Positions 1-9,566 of a stretch of 64,000 nucleotides of DNA are shown in pieces. The DNA comes from a virus: IMG/VR virus record IMGVR_UViG_3300031994_000034; one strand, 5' to 3'. The position numbers and the translations under genes are program-made. The notes beneath the pieces were generated by a model that saw nothing but the letters and a program-made list of their open reading frames with translations, was not told where the DNA came from and ran no database searches. Within the stretch, counting starts at the first letter, position 1. Every line of letters begins with the position of its first letter.

Positions 1-1143
1 CGTAACATATCGGTTGCCGATGAGTTTGTCAGCCCACTCTACATTCTGAGTCCTTGTCAGCTGCTCTTGCAACTGATGAACGGTAGCGAGGTTGTCTTTG
101 TATGTCTGCAAGTTGGCGGCTGCTGTCTTCGGATCGTCAATAAGTCGTTGCCAGTATTGTTCCTGCGATTTCAATGCAGTTTGTGTAAGAGCCACGCCCT
201 GTTGCAGTTGCTGCATCATCAGTTGGTCGGCTTCGGCACGCTGCTGTGCTGCCTTTCGCAATGCCTCTGCTTCACGCTGCGCTGCCCGTTCCGTTTCCAC
301 GCCATACTGTTTCAGGTGCTCTTCTGCGGCTACGATGTTCTTTGCCAGTTGCTGTGCGGCGGGGTCGGCGGTCTTGTAGGTCTGAATGAGTTCCTTGCCA
401 GCCTCGATAGCCTGGCGGATTTCGGCTTCGCTGTATTGTCCCAAGTCATTGCTGCTCAGTAGGGACGTGGCTGCTTGTTGTTCCTGTTTCCGTATGCTTG
501 CCACATGCGCCTCAATGGTCTGCAACTGCGCATTGTACTTGTTCCATTCTTCCGTGCCTTTTGGAATGAGCGTAAGCATGTCGCGCAATCCCTTTTGCTC
601 CTGGTCAAGAACGGACTGCGAGATAGTGCCTCCCTGCTGGATGGTCTCGATAACCTTAGCTGTGTCGTGGTCGAGTCGGTTCAGTTGCTTTTGCGACTCC
701 AGGATGACAGTGTTCAGTTCGCGCTGCCTCTGCAAATCCTCCTCGTTTATGGTGCCGTTTTCCAACTTCTCTCTGATGGGGCGCAGTCGGCTCTGTGCGC
801 CGTTGATGGCTCCTTTCAGTTCGGCTCGGCTGCTGGCTTCTATGATGCCTTCTTGGATATTTTTCACCACCGACTCCAAGGCCGTTGCACCCTTGATAAG
901 TTCACGGACACCTTGGTCGAAGCTCTTGGCCTCTTTCCGTGCAGCCCGCAGTCTGTCGGCTACGTTAAACTCCACACCGTTGGCGTCCTTCATGGTTTTG
1001 ATGCCATTGGTAAAAGCCTTTTCAAGTTCGTCCACCTCCTTGTGCGCATCCTTGGCACTCTGGCGCATGGCGTCGAGGGCTGGGTTCACGCCCTTGGTGT
1101 CGGCGCGGAACTGGATGGTTGCTAAAGTTATCTTGTTGCTCAT
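1..1143 (-). CDS. Coiled-coil virion/tail protein, N-terminal 381 codons (tape-measure-like); continues beyond left edge
   Basis: My reverse-complement translation from ATG 1143-1141 (MSNKITLATIQFRADTKGVNPALDAM...) is stop-free to position 1. Q/E/K/A/L-rich coiled-coil composition. Track ORFs 67..462, 92..379, 386..1219 and 475..1125 are its antisense shadows. Confidence 0.55.
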   Translation of the reverse strand, partial: MSNKITLATIQFRADTKGVNPALDAMRQSAKDAHKEVDELEKAFTNGIKTMKDANGVEFNVADRLRAARKEAKSFDQGVRELIKGATALESVVKNIQEGIIEASSRAELKGAINGAQSRLRPIREKLENGTINEEDLQRQRELNTVILESQKQLNRLDHDTAKVIETIQQGGTISQSVLDQEQKGLRDMLTLIPKGTEEWNKYNAQLQTIEAHVASIRKQEQQAATSLLSSNDLGQYSEAEIRQAIEAGKELIQTYKTADPAAQQLAKNIVAAEEHLKQYGVETERAAQREAEALRKAAQQRAEADQLMMQQLQQGVALTQTALKSQEQYWQRLIDDPKTAAANLQTYKDNLATVHQLQEQLTRTQNVEWADKLIGNRYVT

Positions 1144-1158
1144 TGTCGTGTTTGTGCG

Positions 1159-1707
1159 TTATATCGTTATTTCCTTGTTGCCAGAACGAAGTCCCATGAT
1201 TTCGTTCATCTTCTGGTAGTTGTCGCGGTTGCTGCCAGCGGCATACATCAGGTAGCCCATACCCATGAATGAGAAGTGATCCACCAGCAGTCGCTCGAAG
1301 CGCCGAGCCTGCTTTCGCATTTCAGCCGTTGAGTGTGGTTTTGCCTTGCGCCGACGGGTCGGCACGGGGATGGGTCCCCAGGCACGTCCAGCGATGGCGG
1401 GCACAGGACCGTTGTAAGGCTCGCCCTTACCCACGGCGAGTTCAACGAACTGGCCGTATTTCAGGTAGGTCTCTTGGAACACCTCTGCATCGCCGCCGCT
1501 GTCGCTCCATGCCTTCCATCCGATAGAGCGGATGAGTTTGCCGCTGTTGATGGCATTGAGTCGCTTGATGTTCTGCTTGGAGTCCTTCTTGCCGTGCATG
1601 ATGAAGCGGCGAATGTACTTCATCACCTGCTCGTCGCGCCAGTCAAAGCGAGTGGCGATGACGTTATCCATATACGGGTCTTTCTCCCGCCATCGGTCGT
1701 TAGCCAT
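1159..1707 (-). CDS. Hypothetical protein (182 aa) immediately upstream of the coiled-coil gene; position of a tail assembly chaperone
   Basis: Complete ORF, 15-nt gap to the downstream gene on the same strand. No recognisable motif. Confidence 0.6.
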   Translation of the reverse strand: MANDRWREKDPYMDNVIATRFDWRDEQVMKYIRRFIMHGKKDSKQNIKRLNAINSGKLIRSIGWKAWSDSGGDAEVFQETYLKYGQFVELAVGKGEPYNGPVPAIAGRAWGPIPVPTRRRKAKPHSTAEMRKQARRFERLLVDHFSFMGMGYLMYAAGSNRDNYQKMNEIMGLRSGNKEITI

Positions 1708-1738
1708 GTCCTACGTTTTTGTTTTCTGAGTATTCTGA

Positions 1739-2251
1739 TTACTCTGATGACTCTGAGGGCTCCTGCGGCTGCGCATCCATCAGCCTGACCGTCACCTCGG
1801 CGAGGCAATGCTGCCAGCGGCGTTTCAGTTCGCCCCCTTCGCGGTCCACCACGTCGATGCGCTTGTAGAGTTCTGTTTCAAGGAGTTGCACAGATCCAGG
1901 ACCGTAGAGCGGCAGACGTGGCTTTCGGAGTTCCAGTTCGCAGTTGTAGATGAAGCGCGTGGCCTGCCGCGCCGCCTTGGCGTGTGCCTCGCGGATGCGG
2001 TCAGCGAGTTGGCGATAGTAATCGGCGGTCTGAGCAGTCGGATTATTCTGATTACTCGGAGTATTCCGATTACTCTGACCGCCCCGGGTCATCAGTTCCA
2101 GCACCGCCTGTGCTGCAAGTTCGGCATCGTCAGGCTCGGGTGTGAATGGTGCTTCGGGGACACCCTCGATGCGGAGGGGCTGGGGTGCGGCATCGGCTTT
2201 CGGGTCGTTGCCGCGTGGTTTGCGGTGGAAGATTTTCTTGAAGATTGTCAT
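1739..2251 (-). CDS. Hypothetical protein (170 aa), first gene of the leftward operon
   Basis: Complete ORF downstream of promoter P1. Contains an in-frame nonamer-word insert (GQSNRNTPSNQNNPT, nt 2040-2078). Confidence 0.6.
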   Translation of the reverse strand: MTIFKKIFHRKPRGNDPKADAAPQPLRIEGVPEAPFTPEPDDAELAAQAVLELMTRGGQSNRNTPSNQNNPTAQTADYYRQLADRIREAHAKAARQATRFIYNCELELRKPRLPLYGPGSVQLLETELYKRIDVVDREGGELKRRWQHCLAEVTVRLMDAQPQEPSESSE

Positions 2252-2288
2252 AGTCGTCTGATTGTTCGGATTACTCTGATTTTTATTT

Positions 2289-2325
2289 GCAAGATACTTT
2301 GCTCATCCGCTGAAATCAAGGGCAA
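2289..2325 (-). promoter_or_regulatory. Promoter P1 of the TTGCCCTTGA-N19-TATCTTGC family (leftward)
   Basis: The minus strand reads TTGCCCTTGA (2325-2316), a 19-nt spacer, then TATCTTGC (2296-2289), about 40 nt upstream of ATG 2251. Confidence 0.55.
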
Positions 2326-2362
2326 GGGCGAGGGTGGAAACTGAGTGTTTGTGGATGTGTAG

Positions 2363-2399
2363 TTGCCCTTGATTTGCGGCGATTGAAATCCTATCTTGC
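2363..2399 (+). promoter_or_regulatory. Promoter P2 of the TTGCCCTTGA-N19-TATCTTGC family (rightward)
   Basis: TTGCCCTTGA 2363-2372, 19-nt spacer, TATCTTGC 2392-2399, 16 nt upstream of ATG 2415. Confidence 0.55.
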
Positions 2400-2414
2400 A
2401 GAAAAAACAAAAAC

Positions 2415-5400
2415 ATGCGCACCTCGTCAGTACATTATATTGCCCCATCATCCATCGCCATCACACCGAATGCCAACGGCTCGGCCAACGACCTGGCCGT
2501 ATATATCGCCAGAGGCGCCACCATCAAAGTCTATAGCAAGGGAATAGCTGAGCTTGCCACAGAGAACGGCGCTTATCGGGAGTGGACGCTGACGGGCCGC
2601 AACCGTCGGTTGGCGGACAGTGCCGTGCGCTATACCATCTATGCCCGACTGCCCAAGGACAGCACGGCGGGCGGCTATCTCGTCTTTGCCCCGCAGACGC
2701 TGCGCGACGGCGTGTGGGTGGACAAATACAGCAGCGTGACACAATCGGGCTACAGCGTGCTCTACACGGACAACGGTTTCGACGTGCAACTCATCGACGC
2801 CGACTACTGGTACATCCGCCTGGGCGATGTTTACCTGCCGAAGAACGACCAACGCACGGTGACGCTGGACACGGGCATACTGGGCACCGATCAGTACAAC
2901 GAGGAGTGGAACCTGGACCCCGACACACTGCCCATACGTGTAGTGGTGTCGAACGCAAAGGGGGCAGACGTGCCCTACGTGCGCTGGGGGGAGAGCATCG
3001 ACATCGCGGTAAACCTGATACAGGGCTGGGAAACGGACATCAACAGCCGCGTGCATCACTGGACTATAGAGCGAGACACAGGCAATGCGGCAGCCGACGC
3101 GCTGTGGGGGGTTAAGACGCTGTCACAGCGCACCGTGACGCTGACGCACCGCCGCCCATCGACGGAGAGCAGTGCGCAGGACGATTTCGGCGGTGCCGTG
3201 TCGGCCACGTTCACGCTGAAGGCATGGAGCGTGGTGGTGAATGCAGAAAGTGGCAACTCGCCCTATGAGGAGATAGCTTCGGGCTTCATTACCATCCTGG
3301 CCGAGACGGCAGAACGCTATGACTTGGTACTGTCTGCCGACGCCGTGACCTACAACCCGTCCACGGAAACGTATGCGCCTGCAGGGGGCATCGACATTCA
3401 GGTGCGGGCCACGGCGGAGGACGGCGCGGTGCGGATGCTGACGGCTGCGGAAATAGACAACGCCGGACTTGAACTGTACTACGAGGCTGCAGACGGAAGC
3501 GACGACGACCCGCAGCTGCTGACATTCTCCGGCGAAGAGGGAGAGCCAGGTACGGCTACGCTACCCACCAACGCTTTTGCCGACGGCAAGGGGAAGGTGC
3601 TACGGCTGTATAACCTGGCATCCGAGGAGGTGGCGCAGGGACTGGTGAACTATAGACGACAGAGCATCGACGGAGCGGCGGTGGAGCGCGTATATATCCG
3701 CAGCAAGAACGAGGTGGCCCCCGTGCTGTATGCGCCCGCCTCGCGCGCCGACAGCCAGGGCCGACGCTATACGGAAGACGGATACCTGCCCGCCGTACAC
3801 AGGGATGCGCACGCCGACATCGAGTCGAACGCCGACGGCGGTGTAGGCTCCTACGCCGAGACAACGGCCAGTCCAAAGGGCGCTGACGACACGTACCGCT
3901 ACGAATGGATGGCCGAGCGCACCAAGGCCACACCGCTGGCCGACGGCACGCGCACATGGAACCCGTACCCCGACGGGGCGGCCATGAAACTCTTCAGCAA
4001 GAAGGCCGAGGATGCCGCCCACCTGGTGCTGGACTCCTATCTGTCGCAGGTGGTGCTGACCTATGACGGTGCCGTGGCGAAGGCTTTCGACACGAACTAC
4101 GCACGATTCTACGTAGGAAATACGCTGACCACACCGACATCGTGGGGAATCAGCATTAGTCCCACACCGCCCCAGGAGTGGAACATAATGACCACGGACA
4201 GCGGCGGCGTGCGCGCGATGGAGTTTCGCGACGAGAATGTCATATCCGCCACGGGCCGATATGTGGCCACGGTAACGGCGGTGTATCGGGGCGTGACCTA
4301 TTCGGCTCGGTGGGAAATCAATGTGGAGCGCGAGAGCGTGACGTACAGCATCGAAGCCGAACCGCAAAACTTCATCTACAACGAGACGCGCCAGACGTGG
4401 GAACAGGGCTCGCTGCTGCTGCGCCTGTTGCGACGGGGAACGTATTCGGGCGACACCTATCTGACAGCCGTGCCCAGTGGCATGAACTTCGACGTGCAGT
4501 TCGACGTAGATAAAGCGTCGGAGGAAGGGAAACTGACACATGCAACAGGTAGTACCTACTGGAACTTACAGGCAATGGGTTACGAGGCAGGAATGTCGCA
4601 CATCGCCATCCTTGCCGCCACATCGCCGTACAGAGCTATAGCCACGCTGTCCATACAGACCATCGCGCGGAACGAGGCGACGATACGCCCACGGACGTGG
4701 ACAACGGGGGAGAGTAAATACCTGAGCGGCGCGGAGGGCGAGATGTACAAGGACGTCTTGGCCTACGACAACGGGCAGGGGACACTGACGTGGTACCAGT
4801 GCATACACACTACGCCCACCGGCTTCGCCCCCACCACGGGACAGACGCCTGCCGACTATCCCACGTATTTCGTACAGGCCGACGGACAGTTCGAGTTTGT
4901 GGCCACCAACCTGATGCTGGCCCAGCTGGCATATATCAAGAATCTGGGCGTGAACTATCTGCGCATGGGTGCGGCAAACGGTCCCGGGCTGATACAGATG
5001 CTCGACGCACAGGGCCATGTGCAGTTTGAAGTGACCCAGGGGAACGTCACTGCCAACATCGGTACCTTCAACAATATACACATTGCGGGACAGAGCACGT
5101 TCGGAGGACTACTAAAGAAGTCTAAATGTGTCATTACTCGTGACAACCTGGACGAATATTGTAATACAGAAAGCGCCGTAAATCCCATCTTGTCCTTGGA
5201 AAAGACAGGTACGTGGATAGAAGTACAAAACGCATCCGATAACATCTTATACCTGTGCGTACCATCTATCAATGGGACGGGCCCCATTTACTCGACAGGC
5301 TCGACAGACTCGGCAGCCAGAGATAGCGTCCGCGCACTGGTGGGGAATACTATTATACTATATTATAGTGAAGAGCGGAGTCTGGGAGACTTAAAAGTTT

Positions 5401-5549
5401 ATGGGCATTTCAAACAATCAGGAAGTGTCTATAGCGAAGCCTCATTACAGCCCGGTAATTGGTTTCAAGCAACATGCAGGCTGGGAGCAACTTCTAACCG
5501 AAAAGAAGAGGTCTATTGGGAGATAGATGGCTATTGTACGCTGTCTTGA
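2415..5549 (+). CDS. Large virion protein (1044 aa); tail fibre / receptor-binding candidate (function uncertain)
   Basis: Longest ORF in the window, with its own late-type promoter. The C-terminal ~150 aa have visibly lower GC. All overlapping track ORFs are shorter shadows. Confidence 0.5.
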   Translation: MRTSSVHYIAPSSIAITPNANGSANDLAVYIARGATIKVYSKGIAELATENGAYREWTLTGRNRRLADSAVRYTIYARLPKDSTAGGYLVFAPQTLRDGVWVDKYSSVTQSGYSVLYTDNGFDVQLIDADYWYIRLGDVYLPKNDQRTVTLDTGILGTDQYNEEWNLDPDTLPIRVVVSNAKGADVPYVRWGESIDIAVNLIQGWETDINSRVHHWTIERDTGNAAADALWGVKTLSQRTVTLTHRRPSTESSAQDDFGGAVSATFTLKAWSVVVNAESGNSPYEEIASGFITILAETAERYDLVLSADAVTYNPSTETYAPAGGIDIQVRATAEDGAVRMLTAAEIDNAGLELYYEAADGSDDDPQLLTFSGEEGEPGTATLPTNAFADGKGKVLRLYNLASEEVAQGLVNYRRQSIDGAAVERVYIRSKNEVAPVLYAPASRADSQGRRYTEDGYLPAVHRDAHADIESNADGGVGSYAETTASPKGADDTYRYEWMAERTKATPLADGTRTWNPYPDGAAMKLFSKKAEDAAHLVLDSYLSQVVLTYDGAVAKAFDTNYARFYVGNTLTTPTSWGISISPTPPQEWNIMTTDSGGVRAMEFRDENVISATGRYVATVTAVYRGVTYSARWEINVERESVTYSIEAEPQNFIYNETRQTWEQGSLLLRLLRRGTYSGDTYLTAVPSGMNFDVQFDVDKASEEGKLTHATGSTYWNLQAMGYEAGMSHIAILAATSPYRAIATLSIQTIARNEATIRPRTWTTGESKYLSGAEGEMYKDVLAYDNGQGTLTWYQCIHTTPTGFAPTTGQTPADYPTYFVQADGQFEFVATNLMLAQLAYIKNLGVNYLRMGAANGPGLIQMLDAQGHVQFEVTQGNVTANIGTFNNIHIAGQSTFGGLLKKSKCVITRDNLDEYCNTESAVNPILSLEKTGTWIEVQNASDNILYLCVPSINGTGPIYSTGSTDSAARDSVRALVGNTIILYYSEERSLGDLKVYGHFKQSGSVYSEASLQPGNWFQATCRLGATSNRKEEVYWEIDGYCTLS

Positions 5550-5732
5550 TTTGTAATTTGTGCAAGGCCGTTACCCAAGTGCGGAACCAAAGACACTCAG
5601 TCTTTGCTTTCGCTGCCCTCCTTTGTGCTTAGCGTCATCCGCTGCGGTTGCTCGCCCTACTCGCGACCTTGCACATGTCGAGCACTGCACCCAAACGCGA
5701 GATTGGAGATACTCAATCTCCAAGTCTCACGT

Positions 5733-5769
5733 TTGCCCTTGACCCTGCGGCTCTCATGGGCTATCTTGC
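5733..5769 (+). promoter_or_regulatory. Promoter P3 of the TTGCCCTTGA-N19-TATCTTGC family
   Basis: TTGCCCTTGA 5733-5742, 19-nt spacer, TATCTTGC 5762-5769, upstream of ATG 5824. Confidence 0.55.
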
Positions 5770-5823
5770 AGACAACACTCGGAGTAATCCGAGTGTTCAG
5801 AGTATTCCGAATAATCTAATCAG

Positions 5824-7647
5824 ATGACTATGTTGAAGAATAAGAATCGCGGCGGCATACCCGTACATCACCCAAGGGACATGAAGGAGTTCCGCGAACT
5901 CAATCAGTCGCTCAACCAAAGGCGGTACATCGCCATCGACGCGCTGAGACCGGGACTGCTACACAGCATTACGCTGGGCGACCGCGACACGTCGGAGACA
6001 CAGGCGCAGGACATGGCAACGTGCATGGGCGCCAGGGGCACCATCAGCAACGGCCCCCTGGCAAAGGTGGCATGGTCGTTCGACAGCAGCGAGAAGACAC
6101 CCACTACCATCAGCAAAGACGGCAAACCGCTGGGACGCGGATACATCAAGTGGGGCGCTGGAGACAACCTGCCCTCACAGATTTACGCGCTCTCGAAGGC
6201 ACTTCCATACACGGCGGCTCCGCTCCGCTATCTCTCCGACCTCGCCACGGGGCTGGGCGTGCGGATGATGTACCAGTTTGAGGACGACACGATGTGTCTC
6301 TACGAACATGCCGGCTACCGCATCCTGCAACGCATTGAGGCGCTGAAGAAGGACGAGCCACAGGACACCTACGGCGGCTACTTCGCCCAGGATCCCGACT
6401 CGCAGCGCATCGTGCCCATCGGCGAACTGGACAAGGAGAAACGTCCCGATCCGCTGCTGCGTGGCATAGGCATCGACTACTGGCGGGATGCCTACCGCGA
6501 ATGGCAGCGCACATGGGAGGGCGAGGACACCACCTACGCAGATGGCACACCGCGACACATTCCCGGACTGCGCGAGTTCCTGGAGAATAACGACCTCGAC
6601 CTGAACTTTCTGCAGTGCATGAAAGAAGATCAAATGTTCGACCTCTACTTCCCCACCGTGGGCTTCGAGCGTGGCCGGCGCGGACAGTGGGACCCCCGCA
6701 TCGTGCGCATCGGTTTCCTCAGCATCGTGCATGGTGGCATCCGCTACGAGGTGATGAACGAGTACCGTCACATTCAGAACATCTACTTCGGCGAGAAGTT
6801 CCGTGGCAACACCTTGACGGAGGGGCACACCGTGAGCGGAAAGGACGAGGACGTGGTGATGTACCCCGTAGCTGAAGCCACTCGCCGACTGGAGGAATGG
6901 CGCTACCAGGTGGAGTCGAACCAGCGCACACGCATCAAGGACCGCCCCGTATGGGTGACATGCCCCATCTACTACGGCACGCAGAATTATTACCAGCAGC
7001 CAGACTGGTGGAGCATCATCCTCTCCAAAGCTTACGACTTCTCATCGACCATCCTTTTTGACAAGGCCAAGCAGCGTGAAAACTCAACTTCGTGGGGAAA
7101 AATCATCTATATCTCGCTCGACTACCTCAATATGATTTTTGCCGACGAAGGCATTGAGGGCGACAAGGAAAAGCAGCGGAAGTTCATCGACGAACTGGAC
7201 CAGAACGTAGAGCAGTTCCTGCAGCGCAGGGAGAACAACGGTAAAATGATGCGCCAGTTCATGTGGCTGGGTCAGGACGAGAAGGAACACCACAACATCG
7301 AGATCGTGGATGTGGCTCAGACGAAGAGCGACACGACCAAGGCGGGCAAAGAGGAGCTGGAACTCTCCACCTCGCCCATCTTCCTCGCCTTCGGCGTTGA
7401 TCCTCGCGATATCGGTGTGCCGATGGTCAGTGCCTCCAACGGCGGCACGGCACTCCGCGAGATACGCCTGATGAAGCAGCAACTGCTCAACGTGCGCCAA
7501 CGTGCCTACCTGCGCTTCCTCCGCGATGTCTGCACGTTCAACCGCTACGACCGCCATTGCCGCCCCGTGGTGATGCAGCAGACGTTCACGACGCTGGATG
7601 CCTCGAAGACGGGGACGAAGGAGACCGTGGCCGGAGAGGGAGCATGA
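5824..7647 (+). CDS. Portal protein candidate (607 aa)
   Basis: Portal-like size and a late-type promoter. The segment YIKWGAGDNLPSQIYALSKALPYTAAPL resembles the WG-DN-P N-terminal motif I recall from some portals (weak, from memory). Confidence 0.4.
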   Translation: MTMLKNKNRGGIPVHHPRDMKEFRELNQSLNQRRYIAIDALRPGLLHSITLGDRDTSETQAQDMATCMGARGTISNGPLAKVAWSFDSSEKTPTTISKDGKPLGRGYIKWGAGDNLPSQIYALSKALPYTAAPLRYLSDLATGLGVRMMYQFEDDTMCLYEHAGYRILQRIEALKKDEPQDTYGGYFAQDPDSQRIVPIGELDKEKRPDPLLRGIGIDYWRDAYREWQRTWEGEDTTYADGTPRHIPGLREFLENNDLDLNFLQCMKEDQMFDLYFPTVGFERGRRGQWDPRIVRIGFLSIVHGGIRYEVMNEYRHIQNIYFGEKFRGNTLTEGHTVSGKDEDVVMYPVAEATRRLEEWRYQVESNQRTRIKDRPVWVTCPIYYGTQNYYQQPDWWSIILSKAYDFSSTILFDKAKQRENSTSWGKIIYISLDYLNMIFADEGIEGDKEKQRKFIDELDQNVEQFLQRRENNGKMMRQFMWLGQDEKEHHNIEIVDVAQTKSDTTKAGKEELELSTSPIFLAFGVDPRDIGVPMVSASNGGTALREIRLMKQQLLNVRQRAYLRFLRDVCTFNRYDRHCRPVVMQQTFTTLDASKTGTKETVAGEGA

Positions 7648-7704
7648 TGAAAGTTAAGAGTTAAGAGATGAAAGGAAACATAATGCAATAAGTTTTTTTG
7701 ATTG

Positions 7705-7740
7705 GATGCGGGCCGCTGTGAAGCGTTCCGCATTTTTTTG
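7705..7740 (+). terminator. Rho-independent terminator after the portal candidate
   Basis: ATGCGG-[gccgctgtgaagcgtt]-CCGCAT followed by T7. Confidence 0.6.
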
Positions 7741-7802
7741 TTTCCGTGCTTTTGTGAGACATTAACATAAAATTTGCACGTCTTACATAAAAATATGCAC
7801 TA

Positions 7803-7838
7803 CTTTACATGGATTATCACAAATTATATTTATCTTTG
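7803..7838 (+). promoter_or_regulatory. Bacteroidetes-type promoter (-7 box TATCTTTG)
   Basis: TATCTTTG at 7831-7838, in an AT-rich intergenic region ahead of the rightward accessory block. Confidence 0.45.
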
Positions 7839-7848
7839 CACCGTCAAA

Positions 7849-7970
7849 CCTCTGTGAGGACAGAATCACCCCACACAAATCATATCAATTCGACCGCAAA
7901 AGCGTCGGGCTACTAAAGGACCCCGAAAGTCGTCACAGAGGACTTGACAGCGCTTCGTGCGGTCGAATTG
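7849..7970 (+). promoter_or_regulatory. Structured 5' leader with two interleaved long-range pairings
   Basis: CCTCTGTGA 7849-7857 pairs with TCACAGAGG 7933-7941. CAATTCGACCGCA 7886-7898 pairs with TGCGGTCGAATTG 7958-7970. Confidence 0.35.
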
Positions 7971-7988
7971 TTTTATATATATAGGTGT

Positions 7989-8312
7989 ATGGCTCTGAAC
8001 GAAAGAATGCTGCCGTTGGGCAAGACGAAGACGGTACGCACGGGCGACTGGCTCTACACGCTGGAGGTGGTGGGCTGGAACGACCGGTCGAAGTGCAACA
8101 TGTGGGCAGAGAAGTCCAAGCGGTACTCACCAGCACAACACATCAATACCTATCAACTCGTGGAATCCATGAAGGAAAACGAAGAAATGGAACACGCGAG
8201 GATGATGGCAAAACGAATAGAAGAAAAATTTGGAAATAATGCAGCAAGTGATATGACAAATGGATTAAATTATGAAAGAACTTACAACAGAAGAAAAAGC
8301 CAAACGCTTTGA
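7989..8312 (+). CDS. Hypothetical protein (107 aa)
   Basis: ATG 7989 lies downstream of the leader. The longer track ORF 7944..8312 would begin inside the leader stem. Confidence 0.5.
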   Translation: MALNERMLPLGKTKTVRTGDWLYTLEVVGWNDRSKCNMWAEKSKRYSPAQHINTYQLVESMKENEEMEHARMMAKRIEEKFGNNAASDMTNGLNYERTYNRRKSQTL

Positions 8313-9294
8313 TGAAGCATTAGCAATGGCAAGAGAAGATAATATTATTATTCCTCGTTGGTTTCTTGAAAACGTAGAAAACACACTACGGATTCAAAAC
8401 AATATCAACCTTGATAAAAAGGCTGGGGAAACCTGTCAAGACCGAAATATTAGGGAATCCCTTAATGGGGTAAGAAAACTCTTAAATGGAGAAGAATTAA
8501 CAGGTATGGAACGGCTTGAAAAGCAAGGTGAGCAGAAGTCTAAAGACAAATATACATTCAATTCAATACCTCGCTTGCTTGAAATGATTAAGCCAACAGG
8601 TAGAGCAAAAGCATATTGCCAAAAGTTGATTGATTCCTTACTGCAAGAAGGATATGCCACGGATGCTAAGATAGTTAGTGATTGCCTAAAACAAATGAAC
8701 GGTGAGAAAGTTGCCATGGCAGTTATGGATGAGCAGAAGCCTGTGGAATGGAATAGGGAAGATGAACAGAGCTTAAATGCTTGCCTCGGTTATATATCAG
8801 ACGAATTTCTTAGAAGGTGGCTAATGGATGTCATTCATGTTAAATATGATAAGCCTGCCGATAAGGATGAACCAAAGTATGTTCCAAAGTTCCATGAGGG
8901 CGATTGGGTTATTGGCGGATTAACAAAGAATGAGCCACGGCAAATTGCAGAGGTTACAGAAGAAGGGTATAAAACAACTTATGGTGGATGGATTGGCTCT
9001 TCTTTTGAAAAAGATCTGCACCTGTGGACCATCCAAGATGCAAAGGATGGTGATGTGATTTGTTCTGGACAAATAATACTTTTATTTAAAAAGCGGGAAG
9101 ATAGTGATTGGAATTTTGTTATTGCTTATGCCGGAATTGATGTGTCAGGTAAATTACAAATTACCAATGGACATTGGCTTATAGCTAATGATAGTCATCC
9201 AGCCACCAAAGAGCAGCGTGACATTCTGTTCAAAAAGATGGATGAAGCGGGCTATGAGTGGGATTCCAGAAGCAAAGAATTAAGGTGTACTTAG
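8272..9294 (+). CDS. Hypothetical protein (340 aa), AT-rich; paralog of 17507..18793
   Basis: Shares LEKQGEQ, KFHEGDW, WTIQDAKDGDV and PATKEQRxxLFxKMxEAGYEWD blocks with 17507..18793. Confidence 0.7.
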   Translation: MKELTTEEKAKRFDEALAMAREDNIIIPRWFLENVENTLRIQNNINLDKKAGETCQDRNIRESLNGVRKLLNGEELTGMERLEKQGEQKSKDKYTFNSIPRLLEMIKPTGRAKAYCQKLIDSLLQEGYATDAKIVSDCLKQMNGEKVAMAVMDEQKPVEWNREDEQSLNACLGYISDEFLRRWLMDVIHVKYDKPADKDEPKYVPKFHEGDWVIGGLTKNEPRQIAEVTEEGYKTTYGGWIGSSFEKDLHLWTIQDAKDGDVICSGQIILLFKKREDSDWNFVIAYAGIDVSGKLQITNGHWLIANDSHPATKEQRDILFKKMDEAGYEWDSRSKELRCT

Positions 9295-9327
9295 TGAGTT
9301 ACATGAACAACTTAAAAAACTTTGATT

Positions 9328-9564
9328 ATGGAAGGAATTACAGATAGGTTGTACTTCGACCAACATTCTGCGGCATACAACCTCATCAAAAAGAATGATG
9401 ACGATATTGAGTATGTTCGCAAGGATGCTTTTATTAAAAAGGCTTGTAAATGGCTTAAAAGCAACATAACTAATAATCCAAATGCAAATTCTGTCTTGGC
9501 TCGAAATGGTTGTGTTACTTTAGGAATGCTGATAGAAGATTTCAAAAAATATATGGAGGAATAA
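9328..9564 (+). CDS. Hypothetical protein (78 aa)
   Basis: ATG at 9328; the track start 9322 is a TTG. Confidence 0.5.
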   Translation: MEGITDRLYFDQHSAAYNLIKKNDDDIEYVRKDAFIKKACKWLKSNITNNPNANSVLARNGCVTLGMLIEDFKKYMEE

Positions 9565-9566
9565 CT

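Noticed and set aside
67-1219. + strand ORFs at the left edge (67..462, 92..379, 386..1219, 475..1125)
   Set aside because: Cys/Leu/Ser-rich nonsense composition. The minus strand is open for 381 codons from a good ATG and encodes a coherent coiled-coil protein.
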